From positions 64,001-128,000 of the IMG/VR virus record IMGVR_UViG_3300032038_000005: 64,000 nucleotides of DNA; one strand, given 5' to 3'. This document shows, in pieces, positions 52,701 to 60,910 of the stretch. Positions within the stretch are counted from its first letter, which is position 1. Each line of letters starts with the position of its first letter. A program made the translations under genes and the position numbers. Below the pieces are notes generated by a model. That model was not told the origin of the DNA and did not search any database. It saw only the letters and a program-made list of their open reading frames with translations. This DNA is from a virus. Taxonomy: Duplodnaviria; Caudoviricetes.

Positions 52701-53893
52701 TAGGTCTTTCCAGTCAATGCACCAGCAATGATTTTTAAATAATCAGGAATAATTTCAACGATAGAAGTACGTACAATTCCATCGAATTTTGCGGCATCTT
52801 TTGTATATTGTGATTCGGATTCCCATCCCTCGGATAATGATCTTCGTTTGATACCGGATGAACTTTTTAGCATATCTGAAATGAGACTGCCAAATATGCC
52901 ACCTTTGCTCAACAGTTCTTCCAATTTCTTTGGCATTGCAATATCCCCAAAGAAATTATGTTGGATATTTCCGACTGATGCATTAATGTCATTACCAATT
53001 GAATCAATGGATTGCCCCTTTAATCGAGCTGCTAATTTATTAATGAATTTATCTTCATCATTTTCATTTACACCGAATACACTTCCGATTCCCGCAACAC
53101 CTTTGCTCAAAGCATCACCGAATTTTCCAGACTCTTTCAATGATGTCATGCCCAATACTGTTGATACCAGCTCTACCGGAGAGCTTGCAAACAGTTGTAA
53201 CATTTGTGAAGCATTTGAAATCCCGGAACTTGCTTGGTTCTTCATATGCTCAAACCATGAACCTAATGTGATTCTACCATTTGAACCGACGATGCCATTG
53301 GCTTGTTCCGCACGATATTCTTCTTCTTGTTCCACTTTGGATACAACCGCTTTTGTGACCAGATCCATTTTTTCTGAAATGGCATTCAATGATGTATTGA
53401 CAGCATTTATCGCTGTTACCATCTTTGAAACACCATCATTCAGATTGGATGAGATTTCAGCAGCACTAATCATGGAGACTTCTGCTTGTTTTGCACCAAT
53501 CTGATACATGGCATTCACTTGACCACGCGCGATGTCTTTCATGCCATCTTGATCTAAGACTTTCGATGTTGTTTCTTCCTCAGATGAAGTGGAATTATCA
53601 TCTCCAATTTGATAGCCGGCATCAAAATCAGAGTCATTATTGTCCGTCAAATCCCACTCATCGGTTGCACCAGATCGATCATAAAACCAATCCGATATCC
53701 TTTTACCGCCGTTTGCCTTAATATCATTCACAACATCAGATACTTTTTCTTTCCCCTGATGTAACGTTGAATGAATTTTTTTGACATCATCCACAAGCTG
53801 TGTAATATTGGAAGAGTAATCATCCAGTAAATATTTTTTACCAGCTTCTTTTCCAATCCAAGCAATTTGTTTCACAATTTTACTTGTAGCCAT
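43754..53893 (-). CDS. Tape measure/tail-associated multi-domain lysin (C39-like, M23, phage tail lysozyme, NlpC/P60-like, amidase_2)
   Basis: Helical and hydrophobic N-half; GCGPIALAD/HYVNV; HTGVD/HVHYE; GNLKAESG/GIAQW; DCTGLI/PGDIVVRNGH; WHTWAG/LEISN/YH...SCPG. Confidence 0.85.
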   Translation of the reverse strand: MATSKIVKQIAWIGKEAGKKYLLDDYSSNITQLVDDVKKIHSTLHQGKEKVSDVVNDIKANGGKRISDWFYDRSGATDEWDLTDNNDSDFDAGYQIGDDNSTSSEEETTSKVLDQDGMKDIARGQVNAMYQIGAKQAEVSMISAAEISSNLNDGVSKMVTAINAVNTSLNAISEKMDLVTKAVVSKVEQEEEYRAEQANGIVGSNGRITLGSWFEHMKNQASSGISNASQMLQLFASSPVELVSTVLGMTSLKESGKFGDALSKGVAGIGSVFGVNENDEDKFINKLAARLKGQSIDSIGNDINASVGNIQHNFFGDIAMPKKLEELLSKGGIFGSLISDMLKSSSGIKRRSLSEGWESESQYTKDAAKFDGIVRTSIVEIIPDYLKIIAGALTGKTYGISMKGHVKEYKDGERENEIRNMHNISAYQGSAFGRDISNRMNKAFQSKDDDNASLKKMKEKINKDQADADDLFTTLAAWYFQDINPKVVIDKDLKSDEFWSYITKEFKNWTSPNAREKRQLDWDENISDYYLKIAKMEMLDDDKKHRGITGQNNALSKMRDEINRRTKEGWQDNEDVKNQLESRGMGRQHQVTTLDMIMGIKSEHKEEYDQQRALDKERHDLREKISEQEKAKGWKGKGEQFEAHVNELFEKALDEPGENGGLSLNQRQRAHDKRYSETDIQQENRVEGKSSLFSHITGIMPEKKNRDGSIATQDTAALFHSQLFSRMDQIITLLGGTPPQSQQPPEPAEPPEVPPPEIMEETGSGNILPMPRSIFNVFGGDGTSTLSSKQREKFLTEVLSKAKLPIGEMDSTSGVFESFDSEELTPERLQKLGGKQLFGGVQDLAMIAKRHATMLGKMTDDTFFETMEELESEIMSLQKKRLLKELNILKKKEAEDEAYDSKIKAIQRRREARNKHYEEEEKRRKEEEAEQAKTWEEWRKQKQEEKEEKKRQKEEAEQSKPQTYEEAKEQYQNKRSNTESEEGASPEETEALVGTMNAIGQSAINNDSQISDAEMTQIRRLGMLIKNSKVGKALTGAWQFTKNAAKNTIASIKDNARIAETEAEKKHNNPIAKLIFGKAAAAGAVLKGVLKTAAKVFVSAFMGPLKLLLTKVVVPLITKGLKSGAKDVGSGVTGLISGAMSPGKAIATIALGVTKIVGTLLVASAAGKAMINYVKNVFKVGLNALKKPTELLVKTGMPLIKQLGNVVVKSLKSIGNFISSISSSVNALADVFGEFATQFFALLEPLGTAIGSIVGAIVGILPATMSLINMVAIPALKAISWVLDKAIVPIIEGLGGTVEYLAGRATEFFGNIEVAIGELLSFFKIKKGDELQQKGQALIDRGSDLASTGAEKVESLINGTSNESSDNESEDTDESPITVTPSIPSVPESNGASMETVGSGDTPPVQSEDMGDSVYREMIKQSATTAKFMKSIAKVVVGKFGPFIEEIDKKVYEPMMEALVENVKETKETKNDVLIPLTSKVRSSIAPNLEENLNINKMTLGALQFGVGEILAGIGLELIASGQADAGNALFQTSAGIAANGMVITSEGSQSQANSISKRLTGKYFYMSSLYPEAATDTGNATSQISDQTTTEESNDRSANDKSTTDTSSQVINDTPTSSASNVPAVNTNSSGYREYAANGLYGSGNSQGSYGSYLNMSQRGCGPIALADAANRRGGHVSARALAGHMASSGNYSTSRGTSVGGFLNTASSMGMGYQVGGVTNASLKRATPNNPITLVGSGTGFGTNKGNTHYVNVVGSSGGTSLVSNPLTGRVERRSTGDLISGSVVGLYGSGDVPAISTGLFDIYGSGDISYNDLTQEQRDAWYKYATKSVALGGLGLSGTQIVKWFDISGPDWYEKNYGRNSLRSQAANAWNNLKAAWNQDVANGEKLYDITHSNEDNHYTGQWDQDTVKAEMKKENITWQTMAGRLKQAQPNLYTGSYSNYLNTESNVYTSASQQLNGVNPINKKYPHSSSGFRSWWTDLCNKYNKSSSTTSTSATSARATTQWETFEITKGVVQDWISTIKTRYPDFYQELMEAYSYACQDGTASPTAGLAEWLRAKLPKTRTASSKSDIPSDVLKQIVGAELNKHGKKQTAADIDNDLVNKMDDGSSFDTTTGNYGYYDATSGSFTYTSNPGGATGYISTDKKYMPESAGVSTPSATGKGSSALSGFKQVMSALAGTFGKILNFFSLTNEEEKVSQLEIEEEKEKENKLRNQIGNEQYDAYEDIAFQLYMNENPKNQGESDDAYQTRMKNGWTEHIRRKWMNKAASENVTMIEAMKYNTMVDAQEGAGSTTYGGYNNETGTWQGGILNGTTTSTNNISSYDKTYEGKFVSDGGAIMFMDYTPEITETNITEDGGKSQSKSPVHEFFRKTSNAETEYVFSKNGNWYTKRDTPDTTGEGSTGDKHTGVDILAYPKSIMTSGKADLRAITGGTITDVRYAGKGNPESPYNTVDDGGWGNSVEFMDTAGYRHRYAHMRNNPTVKIGDAIDGGVSLGVIGNTGDSHGEHVHYEIKSPEDEHINPLTYFKLYSASPQNESSYEYQSEEKIDESRIGEGSGGTTAYEQYSDQAYNKKVIWKYLTETMGFTKEGTAGVMGNLKAESGFYPMAVYLASRGGKDHSAPDSTNLEVTQTIDNATSWPIGKNDPYGIAQWLGDRSVNLMKFSKEKGTSIADLPMQLDFMRSELESSEKNAMIVKDATNVVGAATDWMNKFERCNGQASSQRKRYAQEVYDEFKNWDGSGVTIPNGTSVTSSYLPASNGTMNPGMNIGKTPTALNWNMSDLGFTGISRNSMGNGFSFSNFAAGSIGGMYNYVPSSGLATSTSGTGGGLNPGTWINTLNKTVKATDEAGLHTYHMGGNTTIELGGKTIHGRPDCTGLIQFPLDYLGYDIGNVQSNALVSAASNSKNPIKKDGTNSPDFEALKWGSEVNASTVQPGDIVVRNGHGEIAYGMVDGSFKGWNFGHDDAIVATQGAAKSMLSGTDMATAAKSLPTLEYNGSDSAYAYVIRPVASSLMSTGTLPGGPGINVRGITRTAAPAASSVPGYTNSGLAQDMHTSVANYHYTRPNGIKKVTWHTWAGSSDDLSSLENTFKGRTDAKVSVNYGITNDGKIGRWIDEGLGSFTSSSKTNDEQAVTLEISNAPGEYQRWKQNGDETWAISDAALQSAINLTVDVAKRNNIPGFSYTATGDGYNGDGTDGTWTYHRMFKKKGEKSCPGNYIFDRTNDILNVVNSAIAGSGDVSSIDIPEIDESKVSQYVSNKTYPSDIVPTNGSTDTMAWGYYDNETGTWKTPDETAPVITNNHIIIQKSDENQDIIMERVLNHTYNVRAVQVEELLTQIIDKMDRITDSKKTTTVPTGSNHNGSLFPNNDIPTSIQRLAKG

Positions 53894-53934
53894 GTTATAT
53901 CGAACCTCCTTTAAAATGATTTATAATATAGAAG

Positions 53935-53966
53935 ATATTTTTGCGGGCATATGCCCGCAAAAATAT
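53935..53966. terminator. GGGCATATGCCC palindrome
   Basis: ATATTTTTGCGGGC-ATAT-GCCCGCAAAAATAT. Confidence 0.7.
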
Positions 53967-54066
53967 TAACATTAACGTCATTAAACAGTTAAAGCATTCA
54001 GTGTTCTTCATCTTTCCAATTTGTCTAGACAAAATGTATTGCTCATTTTTATTCATTCCCCCGGTA

Positions 54067-54828
54067 TTAAAAGAATTGAATTAGATCGAGATCATCATAG
54101 TGGAAAGATTGTGTCCATTTGTCTACTAATTCTTTTCGTGCGGATTCCGCACCACTCCAATCATCAATTTTTACATTGATTTCCTTGAATGCAGAACCGA
54201 CGCTATTCATATTTTTCAATTGATTATACAATGTACGTTGTACATCTAATACTGCAAGTTCCATAAAAGATTCTACACATGATTCGGGGATCGTCTCCCC
54301 GGATAAATCATGTTCACATTTCGCAACGAATCTCACAAAGATATTTTCAGGAAAATTAAACAATTGAATCTTGTTGTAACCAAGCCATTTGGATGTTGGT
54401 GTGGTTGCTGTGATACCAGCATACTTATTAATGGCGGCGCCAGTTTGTGTGGCATTCAGAATATCTTGTGGATAATAAGAACCAAATCCAACAAATGGAG
54501 ATCCAACAGTAAATGAATTCGTTGTGACTTCACCATCCTGGTTCGTTGCAGATGCCACATAGGCATCTGCATATTGAACCGGTGTTGTTGTTAATGAAGC
54601 TGGTAAATAATAAATGCCATTCTTTCGAGCATTTTCATCCGGAGAACGAAGTAGTTTTCGTTCTTCATATCCCTCTTTGACAAGTGGCTTAAAACGAGAA
54701 AACGTACGAATGGATACTTTTAAGATTTCACCAATGACATTTTCTGTAGAATCTTTGTATGGAAGTGCAATGGTATTTAAACCCAATGTGAGTTTAATGT
54801 CGTTTACGACTTCAGAAATATTCATCAT
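54067..54828 (-). CDS. Putative neck/head-completion protein
   Basis: IKLTLG...FSRFKP N-terminus, size and position after the head genes. Confidence 0.45.
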   Translation of the reverse strand: MMNISEVVNDIKLTLGLNTIALPYKDSTENVIGEILKVSIRTFSRFKPLVKEGYEERKLLRSPDENARKNGIYYLPASLTTTPVQYADAYVASATNQDGEVTTNSFTVGSPFVGFGSYYPQDILNATQTGAAINKYAGITATTPTSKWLGYNKIQLFNFPENIFVRFVAKCEHDLSGETIPESCVESFMELAVLDVQRTLYNQLKNMNSVGSAFKEINVKIDDWSGAESARKELVDKWTQSFHYDDLDLIQFF

Positions 54829-54836
54829 AGCACCTC

Positions 54837-55403
54837 TTATGATTTTTTTTCGATCTTATGCATAACGGGTGTTGATTTGTCACCATAAAATGCACGAAGA
54901 TTAGATGGACAGTTCACATCATTTGTGAGCCACATATACAGCAACATATCATCATGATTCACCTTTGCCAATTTTTTATATTGGCTTTCTGTGATTTTCG
55001 CCATGTTTAATGTTTGATTATCCACACTTGTTTTCATTTGCATGATCAGTTTATTCAGATCCTTTGTTTTCTCAATGAACTTGTAGTTCATATTCGGAAA
55101 TTCTGAAATTGTAATGGTCTTGCGATACTTGTTGTTTCTTGTATCAAACATAGAATTGTAGAAAGAATATGTGGATTGTAGAACCTTTCGTTTATATTGG
55201 TTATCACCAGAACTTTTGTATTCATTAAATCCTTTCACATATTTAATCATGTCATCTAAGATCTTTGGATAATTCAATATGGAATGTTCTCCAACTCTTG
55301 GTGTGCCAGAAGCATGGTTAAATCCATTCTGTACATCTTCGAATAAATCTCTGTTTTTTATGACATAATTTTTGAGTTCTGATACTGGATCAGCATAAGC
55401 CAT
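54837..55403 (-). CDS. Hypothetical virion protein
   Basis: 188 aa; AGGTG RBS; in the head operon. Confidence 0.7.
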   Translation of the reverse strand: MAYADPVSELKNYVIKNRDLFEDVQNGFNHASGTPRVGEHSILNYPKILDDMIKYVKGFNEYKSSGDNQYKRKVLQSTYSFYNSMFDTRNNKYRKTITISEFPNMNYKFIEKTKDLNKLIMQMKTSVDNQTLNMAKITESQYKKLAKVNHDDMLLYMWLTNDVNCPSNLRAFYGDKSTPVMHKIEKKS

Positions 55404-55413
55404 ATACTGTCAC

Positions 55414-56829
55414 CTACCTTCTATTGAAGAATCGTCCAAGTCCTTGTCTTTGTGGTTGTTGTGGTTGTTGTATAGGATCCGCATTCAATTTCTTTTCTGC
55501 AAGTTGTGCAGCGACAGTGTCTGATTTCCTTGCGCGTTTTACACCCGGTTGTACCTTAACATCCAATTCCACATCTGCAAGATTACTGTTCGGATCTGCT
55601 TGTACCAATTCTGTATCACCACGAAGATTTGTCCGTCTACGATTAAATTTTGCAGTAAACTGAGGATTTTTATTGAGATAATCATCTTCACCAGTCACTT
55701 CATAATTTAGATTCTCATACTGCCGCATTACTTTAATGATGTCTTTTGTTTGTTCATCAAACCGATTGACTTCTCTCAAAATCAATACAACGACTTGTTG
55801 CATATCATTTAATGAATCAAATAATGTACGCATGGTTTTCTCCAGTAATATGTTCTCTGTTTGTAATAATGCAACAATGTTAGCGGATAAATTATTAATT
55901 CCTCTGGTAAAAGCATTGCTTCCCTGTGTCGGTGCGTGCCAATTCGCCATTCGTTGGTTTGAGTAACGGATATCGCTGCCCATGCTATCAAAAGAAGTGT
56001 TTGCATTCTCATCTCCGAATTTTCGTGCGCGTCGTGTGTCAGGCACTGCATGTGTATAAATGTCATAGGATTGTCCAAATATATCGATCGTGTCATCTAC
56101 TGTTTTTGCGAATTGATTAATCGCATCCTTGCGTTTCTCATATTCATCAGCAGTTAATGATTCCAATACCGTATTTGACATTTCAGTTCGAAGCATCGCG
56201 GTGCATCTACGTAAACGATTCGCATTTCCGTTGCCCGTAGGAATTGTGCTTATTTTCTGGAGCGTGGTTTTTACTCTTGCAAGATTATTTGCGTTTACAG
56301 CATCTGCATAATCATTAAATATTTTTTTAACATTATTAATTTCATCTGAACATTCCGCCAGTATTCGTTGTACTCGTGAGGATAATACGGTTACATTGAA
56401 TCGATGTGTTACCATTAACTCATAGCAATTGGTATAGAGTTCATCTGATTTTGTAGGATCTGATTGTATTCTTGCTGCAATCGCACGTAATCTCTCTCGT
56501 TCATCTTCTCTAAGTTGTCCAGTTTGTCCTGCATTGACAATTGCCAACAGTTCTAATGTGGACTTTTCACTTTGTTTATTACTGGAAAAAATGGAAGCTA
56601 CCGCTCTTCCAATGTATCTTATCAAACGCGGTATTGCTTTGATCACCCACTTGATACCGCGTACAAATGCGGAATCATTCTCATCTTTATCATCCAACCA
56701 TTCATTGACACCCTCTTGGATAAGATGATGTCGTTGCATTTGATATTCCTTGTAATAATTCTTGTATAAATCATTCAGAATTTCTGCTTCTGTTATTAAT
56801 TCAACATATTCAATATGAGATAGATCCAT
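55414..56829 (-). CDS. Putative internal head protein
   Basis: LIQE-G followed by the amphipathic FVRGIKWVIKAIPRLIRYIG; start at MDLSHIE. Confidence 0.55.
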   Translation of the reverse strand: MDLSHIEYVELITEAEILNDLYKNYYKEYQMQRHHLIQEGVNEWLDDKDENDSAFVRGIKWVIKAIPRLIRYIGRAVASIFSSNKQSEKSTLELLAIVNAGQTGQLREDERERLRAIAARIQSDPTKSDELYTNCYELMVTHRFNVTVLSSRVQRILAECSDEINNVKKIFNDYADAVNANNLARVKTTLQKISTIPTGNGNANRLRRCTAMLRTEMSNTVLESLTADEYEKRKDAINQFAKTVDDTIDIFGQSYDIYTHAVPDTRRARKFGDENANTSFDSMGSDIRYSNQRMANWHAPTQGSNAFTRGINNLSANIVALLQTENILLEKTMRTLFDSLNDMQQVVVLILREVNRFDEQTKDIIKVMRQYENLNYEVTGEDDYLNKNPQFTAKFNRRRTNLRGDTELVQADPNSNLADVELDVKVQPGVKRARKSDTVAAQLAEKKLNADPIQQPQQPQRQGLGRFFNRR

Positions 56830-56856
56830 GCATCTCACCGCCTTTCTCATATTTTG

Positions 56857-58332
56857 TTATCCACCATATCCATTGGGATACACCACATTCACTTTCCATG
56901 CACGATCCATTCGATTGATTGGTCTTACACGAAGAATTTCCTGAAGACAACGATTCAAATCATTTTGCATTTGAACCAGGTATTGTCTATTGTGAGGAAC
57001 GATGTATCGATAATCCTTTGTGTCGATGCAGTTCAAGTAGAAGTCGACCAATTCTAACTTGGCACAACAATAACTTGCCACCATGGCTTGATCATTGGAA
57101 TCTTCAATACTATTCTTCTGCGTCATGATATAAGCAACAACGTCACGACCGATTGGTTTTAACTTTTTGGGTTTAACCAAAATCGCATTCGTTTCTTGAT
57201 ATAATTCATATTCATCATATTCTCGAATTCGATGATATTCCGTTTTAATATCTGCTTTTTCATAGGAAACAGAATTGTTTGTCATTTCGTAAGAAGATGG
57301 TTCTTGTGGCTTTGATGATGTAACGGATGATAATTTTTCAGAAACTTTCTGCATGGGAGATTTTTGATAAGATGATGCGGTTTCCTTTTGGAAAGAGACT
57401 TGTTCGGGATCGCCTTTCTTCGGATATCCACGAAAAACACTTTCGTTTTTAAAATCAATATCTTTCTTCCGTTTCTTTAAGAATGATTCAATCGCTTCTT
57501 CTTTCTCGACATCAATGTCCTCATCATCCTCTTCATCATCGTCATCGTTGTCGGATGATTCTTCCTCATCATCTTCATCTTTTTTTCTTGAAGAAGATTT
57601 CTTTTGTTGTTTGTCGTCTTCTTCACAATCTTCATCGTCATCACATTTATCACATGTGTCTTCTTCATCGTCTTCATCTTCGTGGTCTAAACCAATTTCT
57701 TCATAATCATCTTCATCAACAGTATCTTCGGGTTTTACTTTTTTAATATCTTCGATTTCGTCTGGCACCTTCACTAATGCTCTACGTAATTCAATTGGAC
57801 ATCCTTTTCCTTCTTTGTCTTTGATATCCAAATAATCAGATGTCAAATCGAGTACAGACGTATCTTTTTCGTTACCATGTTCTGTCAAATCCATTGTATA
57901 ATTCTTCCCATTTTTGATATCGGAATCGGAAGAACCAAAATGACCATCTTGATTCATCGCACCGACCACTGATCCAATTGCATGGATCAGTGATTTCGGT
58001 TCATCGATATGTCGATGCATCATTCCAAGTTTTGGTAGGTGTGTCATTGTGATATAATCTACCTTGTTCTCGATCTCTTTTTTATCATCGAACAACGCAC
58101 CAGATTCAATGGCATCAACAACTGCATTCTCTGTGATAATATCCATATTTGACGGAATCAGAAGTTCAATAGAACGTTTATCACCAAATAAACGTGGAAC
58201 ATCACCATCATATTCCATGATCACATATTTTTTATAGTTAACATCAGGGAATTGAATAGATGAGACCTCTTTCAAAATATTACCATCGCGAGTATCAATA
58301 GCCTTTTTAATTAAATCTCTTATTAAATCCAT
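56857..58332 (-). CDS. Head-operon protein with a long acidic tract
   Basis: D/E-rich centre; VIME and LYQE motifs. Confidence 0.7.
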   Translation of the reverse strand: MDLIRDLIKKAIDTRDGNILKEVSSIQFPDVNYKKYVIMEYDGDVPRLFGDKRSIELLIPSNMDIITENAVVDAIESGALFDDKKEIENKVDYITMTHLPKLGMMHRHIDEPKSLIHAIGSVVGAMNQDGHFGSSDSDIKNGKNYTMDLTEHGNEKDTSVLDLTSDYLDIKDKEGKGCPIELRRALVKVPDEIEDIKKVKPEDTVDEDDYEEIGLDHEDEDDEEDTCDKCDDDEDCEEDDKQQKKSSSRKKDEDDEEESSDNDDDDEEDDEDIDVEKEEAIESFLKKRKKDIDFKNESVFRGYPKKGDPEQVSFQKETASSYQKSPMQKVSEKLSSVTSSKPQEPSSYEMTNNSVSYEKADIKTEYHRIREYDEYELYQETNAILVKPKKLKPIGRDVVAYIMTQKNSIEDSNDQAMVASYCCAKLELVDFYLNCIDTKDYRYIVPHNRQYLVQMQNDLNRCLQEILRVRPINRMDRAWKVNVVYPNGYGG

Positions 58333-58352
58333 AATACATCTCCCAATCTTAA

Positions 58353-60296
58353 TTAATTTGGATTATCATAGGATCCAAGTATATCTGCTCCCGAAGATAA
58401 CAGACTAGGTGCATTTTTAAAAAGATTACGTCCATTTTTTAAAACAGATTTGGCAATTTTTCCACCGAGTCCATTACCTGCTACACGTTGTTTTGCAGCT
58501 GCCATTGTTCTAGAATCTCTCATTGATGATCTGATAAAATCTGGATCCGAAACATCTTCTCCACGTGCAATACCAGCTCTGATTTTTTCTCCCATCAGTG
58601 CGTCCATGTCATCTTCTTTTGCTTTCTTACTTTTTAAGGCATCTTTCACCAATCGAAATCCTCCTTGTACCACATCACCAAAACGTCGTTTCCGATCTGC
58701 AGGAGTATGCTCGTCAGGTTCACCAGCAATTGCATTACTTACAGAACTTGCAATATTTCCTAATGGGGGAATAGCTGCTGTTTGTGATGAATGACTACCG
58801 TCATCAGGATCAGGCTGATCAGAACCAGGAGTTGGAGCGGGTGCAGGAGGTTGAGGAGGCGGCCCATTAGCTGTTTGTGATGAATGACTACCGTCATCAG
58901 GATCAGGCTGATCAGGAGCGGGTGTTGGATCGGGTGCAGGAGGTTGATTTGCAACCCATTTGTCATATGCGGCAGTTGATGGTGGTATATTCTTTGGTCG
59001 ATTTTGTATATACCATTTTCTACTTGTATTCAATTGATTGACTACATTCTTTTCTTCATCTGACAATTGATTATATTTACGCCCATTCATAACTTTTTGA
59101 ACATTAGCTTCTAATTCTTCGATCTTTGCATCATAATCGATTTCCTCTTCTTTTTTTTCTTTTGAGGATAGACCAGAGATCTTATCTAATATCAACTTGA
59201 ATGGACCAGATGCTTCATCACGAATGATGCTTCCCATTTTCTGGATCGCTACGATAGTACCACCAACAGCAAAGACTAATTTAAAGACATTTATGATTGT
59301 TGATGCAATATTTTTGTCATTTTGATCGGTGACGTTTATACCACTAATATCTATATTTTGTAATTCAGAAAGACTATCCCACTCTTTACTGGCTTCATTC
59401 ATGGTTGTCATAACAGAATCGATGGCGTTTTGAAAATCTTGTGGTGACAGTGCTCTTCCAGTATTACCACTTTCTGTTATAATTGCATATTCTGTTGTCG
59501 TTGGTTGGGGAGCTCCTTCTCCTGCTTTTTCTCCTGACAGTAAAGACATGAATGAATTCTTATGTTTATCAATATCGGATTTAAAATTTTGAAAAATTGT
59601 TTGAAGATTATTTAATCCTTTACTGAGAATATCTGCCTTTGCTTGACCCAATTGTGAAAGGATAGACGGTTTACTCTGTGCTTGTTGCTGTTGTGGATCT
59701 TCTGGCGAACTCGATCCTTTTGCCTTATTTAAAAACTCCGTTAAAATTTGCAAAACATTCTTCTTTTCTTGATTTACTTGAGAGACGTGTGTTTTGACGG
59801 AATTGTATATCTGTTTAGCAATCTCGACAGCACTCATAATTGAGATAAAGGGGGGAATAGATCCAGCTGCATTAACAATGTCACCTGCCCAACTTTTTAC
59901 AGTACTCAAAAATCGATTCAAAATGTTTTGATCAGCAGATTGTAGAGCTGGCGTGATGAGACCTTGAGTCTGAGCTGGGTCAGCTGATTGAATCTCTTGT
60001 CCCAATTGGTTTTTGTCAACTTCCGGGGACGATAAGGCTTGTTCAGCTTGATCTACAGCGTTTTTAGCGTCTTCTGTATTTTTCTTTGAATCGGATCCCA
60101 TGAAAAAGTCACGGATTTTTGCAAAGAGTGACCTGATACCGTTCCAAAGTTTTTTAAAAAAACCATCATTTGCCGACGTATCATCCTCCATATAGAAAGA
60201 CATTTGTGCTTCCTTTGCGATGTATTTTGACAATTCAATGAATACATTCATTTCCGACTCTGTCTGGTATCTATCAATAATTGTCATATATCTCAT
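58353..60296 (-). CDS. Putative internal head protein with a Pro-rich duplication
   Basis: FYME-D followed by GFFKKLWNGIRSLFAKIRDFF; DQPDPDDGSHSSQTA occurs twice. Confidence 0.6.
   Translation of the reverse strand: MRYMTIIDRYQTESEMNVFIELSKYIAKEAQMSFYMEDDTSANDGFFKKLWNGIRSLFAKIRDFFMGSDSKKNTEDAKNAVDQAEQALSSPEVDKNQLGQEIQSADPAQTQGLITPALQSADQNILNRFLSTVKSWAGDIVNAAGSIPPFISIMSAVEIAKQIYNSVKTHVSQVNQEKKNVLQILTEFLNKAKGSSSPEDPQQQQAQSKPSILSQLGQAKADILSKGLNNLQTIFQNFKSDIDKHKNSFMSLLSGEKAGEGAPQPTTTEYAIITESGNTGRALSPQDFQNAIDSVMTTMNEASKEWDSLSELQNIDISGINVTDQNDKNIASTIINVFKLVFAVGGTIVAIQKMGSIIRDEASGPFKLILDKISGLSSKEKKEEEIDYDAKIEELEANVQKVMNGRKYNQLSDEEKNVVNQLNTSRKWYIQNRPKNIPPSTAAYDKWVANQPPAPDPTPAPDQPDPDDGSHSSQTANGPPPQPPAPAPTPGSDQPDPDDGSHSSQTAAIPPLGNIASSVSNAIAGEPDEHTPADRKRRFGDVVQGGFRLVKDALKSKKAKEDDMDALMGEKIRAGIARGEDVSDPDFIRSSMRDSRTMAAAKQRVAGNGLGGKIAKSVLKNGRNLFKNAPSLLSSGADILGSYDNPN
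58777..58915. repeat. Intragenic direct repeat (46 bp identical, 93-bp period)
   Basis: GCTGTTTGTGATGAATGACTACCGTCATCAGGATCAGGCTGATCAG at 58777 and 58870. Confidence 0.85.
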
Positions 60297-60375
60297 CTCC
60301 TCATATTATTTATATTGATCTGATATAGATTCATACACCCTTTTAAATTTATTTTAATATTGGAGGGCTTTTGAT

Positions 60376-60849
60376 ATGATCACATTTTCAAAATCAATTA
60401 CAATTTTATTTTGTGTTTTATTTTTAATCTTCATGATATTTGATATCGTTATCATATATAAAATAAAACAATTTGCATATTTCATGAATCGAACACTCTT
60501 TCTTTTGTATCGATATGAAAAAACCAATGCTCAATTTCATGATATTCTATCTGATGTTCATGAACAAACAAGACAGTTACACGAAAGTTTTTCAACACTC
60601 GAGGTGGCATACAAAAAAATCCACGAAAAGCGAATGCCAACTCCGCAAGAGGCAGAACAAATTGAACAAACCATTCGTGATCTATTATCAATCGAAATTA
60701 TCATGTCACAAGATATGACAATCGCTCGACGAGATTCCGTCAATCGAATTGTGTCAGCAACCATAAAATCTTATCCAGAGATTGATACCGAATATCTTAT
60801 TAAAAAAGCAATTAGTGTGATTACCACTTTTACAAGAAATAATCAATAA
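60376..60849 (+). CDS. Single-TM membrane protein (possibly lysis-related)
   Basis: N-terminal hydrophobic helix ITILFCVLFLIFMIFDIVII; GGAGG RBS. Confidence 0.6.
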   Translation: MITFSKSITILFCVLFLIFMIFDIVIIYKIKQFAYFMNRTLFLLYRYEKTNAQFHDILSDVHEQTRQLHESFSTLEVAYKKIHEKRMPTPQEAEQIEQTIRDLLSIEIIMSQDMTIARRDSVNRIVSATIKSYPEIDTEYLIKKAISVITTFTRNNQ

Positions 60850-60854
60850 ATAGT

Positions 60855-60882
60855 ATCATTGGGGGCGAAAGCCCCCAATGAT
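60855..60882. terminator. Bidirectional terminator
   Basis: ATCATTGGGGGC-GAAA-GCCCCCAATGAT between convergent genes. Confidence 0.75.
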
Positions 60883-60910
60883 CAACTAATGTGAATTTTT
60901 GGGGATTTTG

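Noticed and set aside
55414-55416. Possible stop-codon reassignment as seen in some gut phages
   Set aside because: Long intact ORFs under code 11; TAA, TGA and TAG all end genes at sensible boundaries
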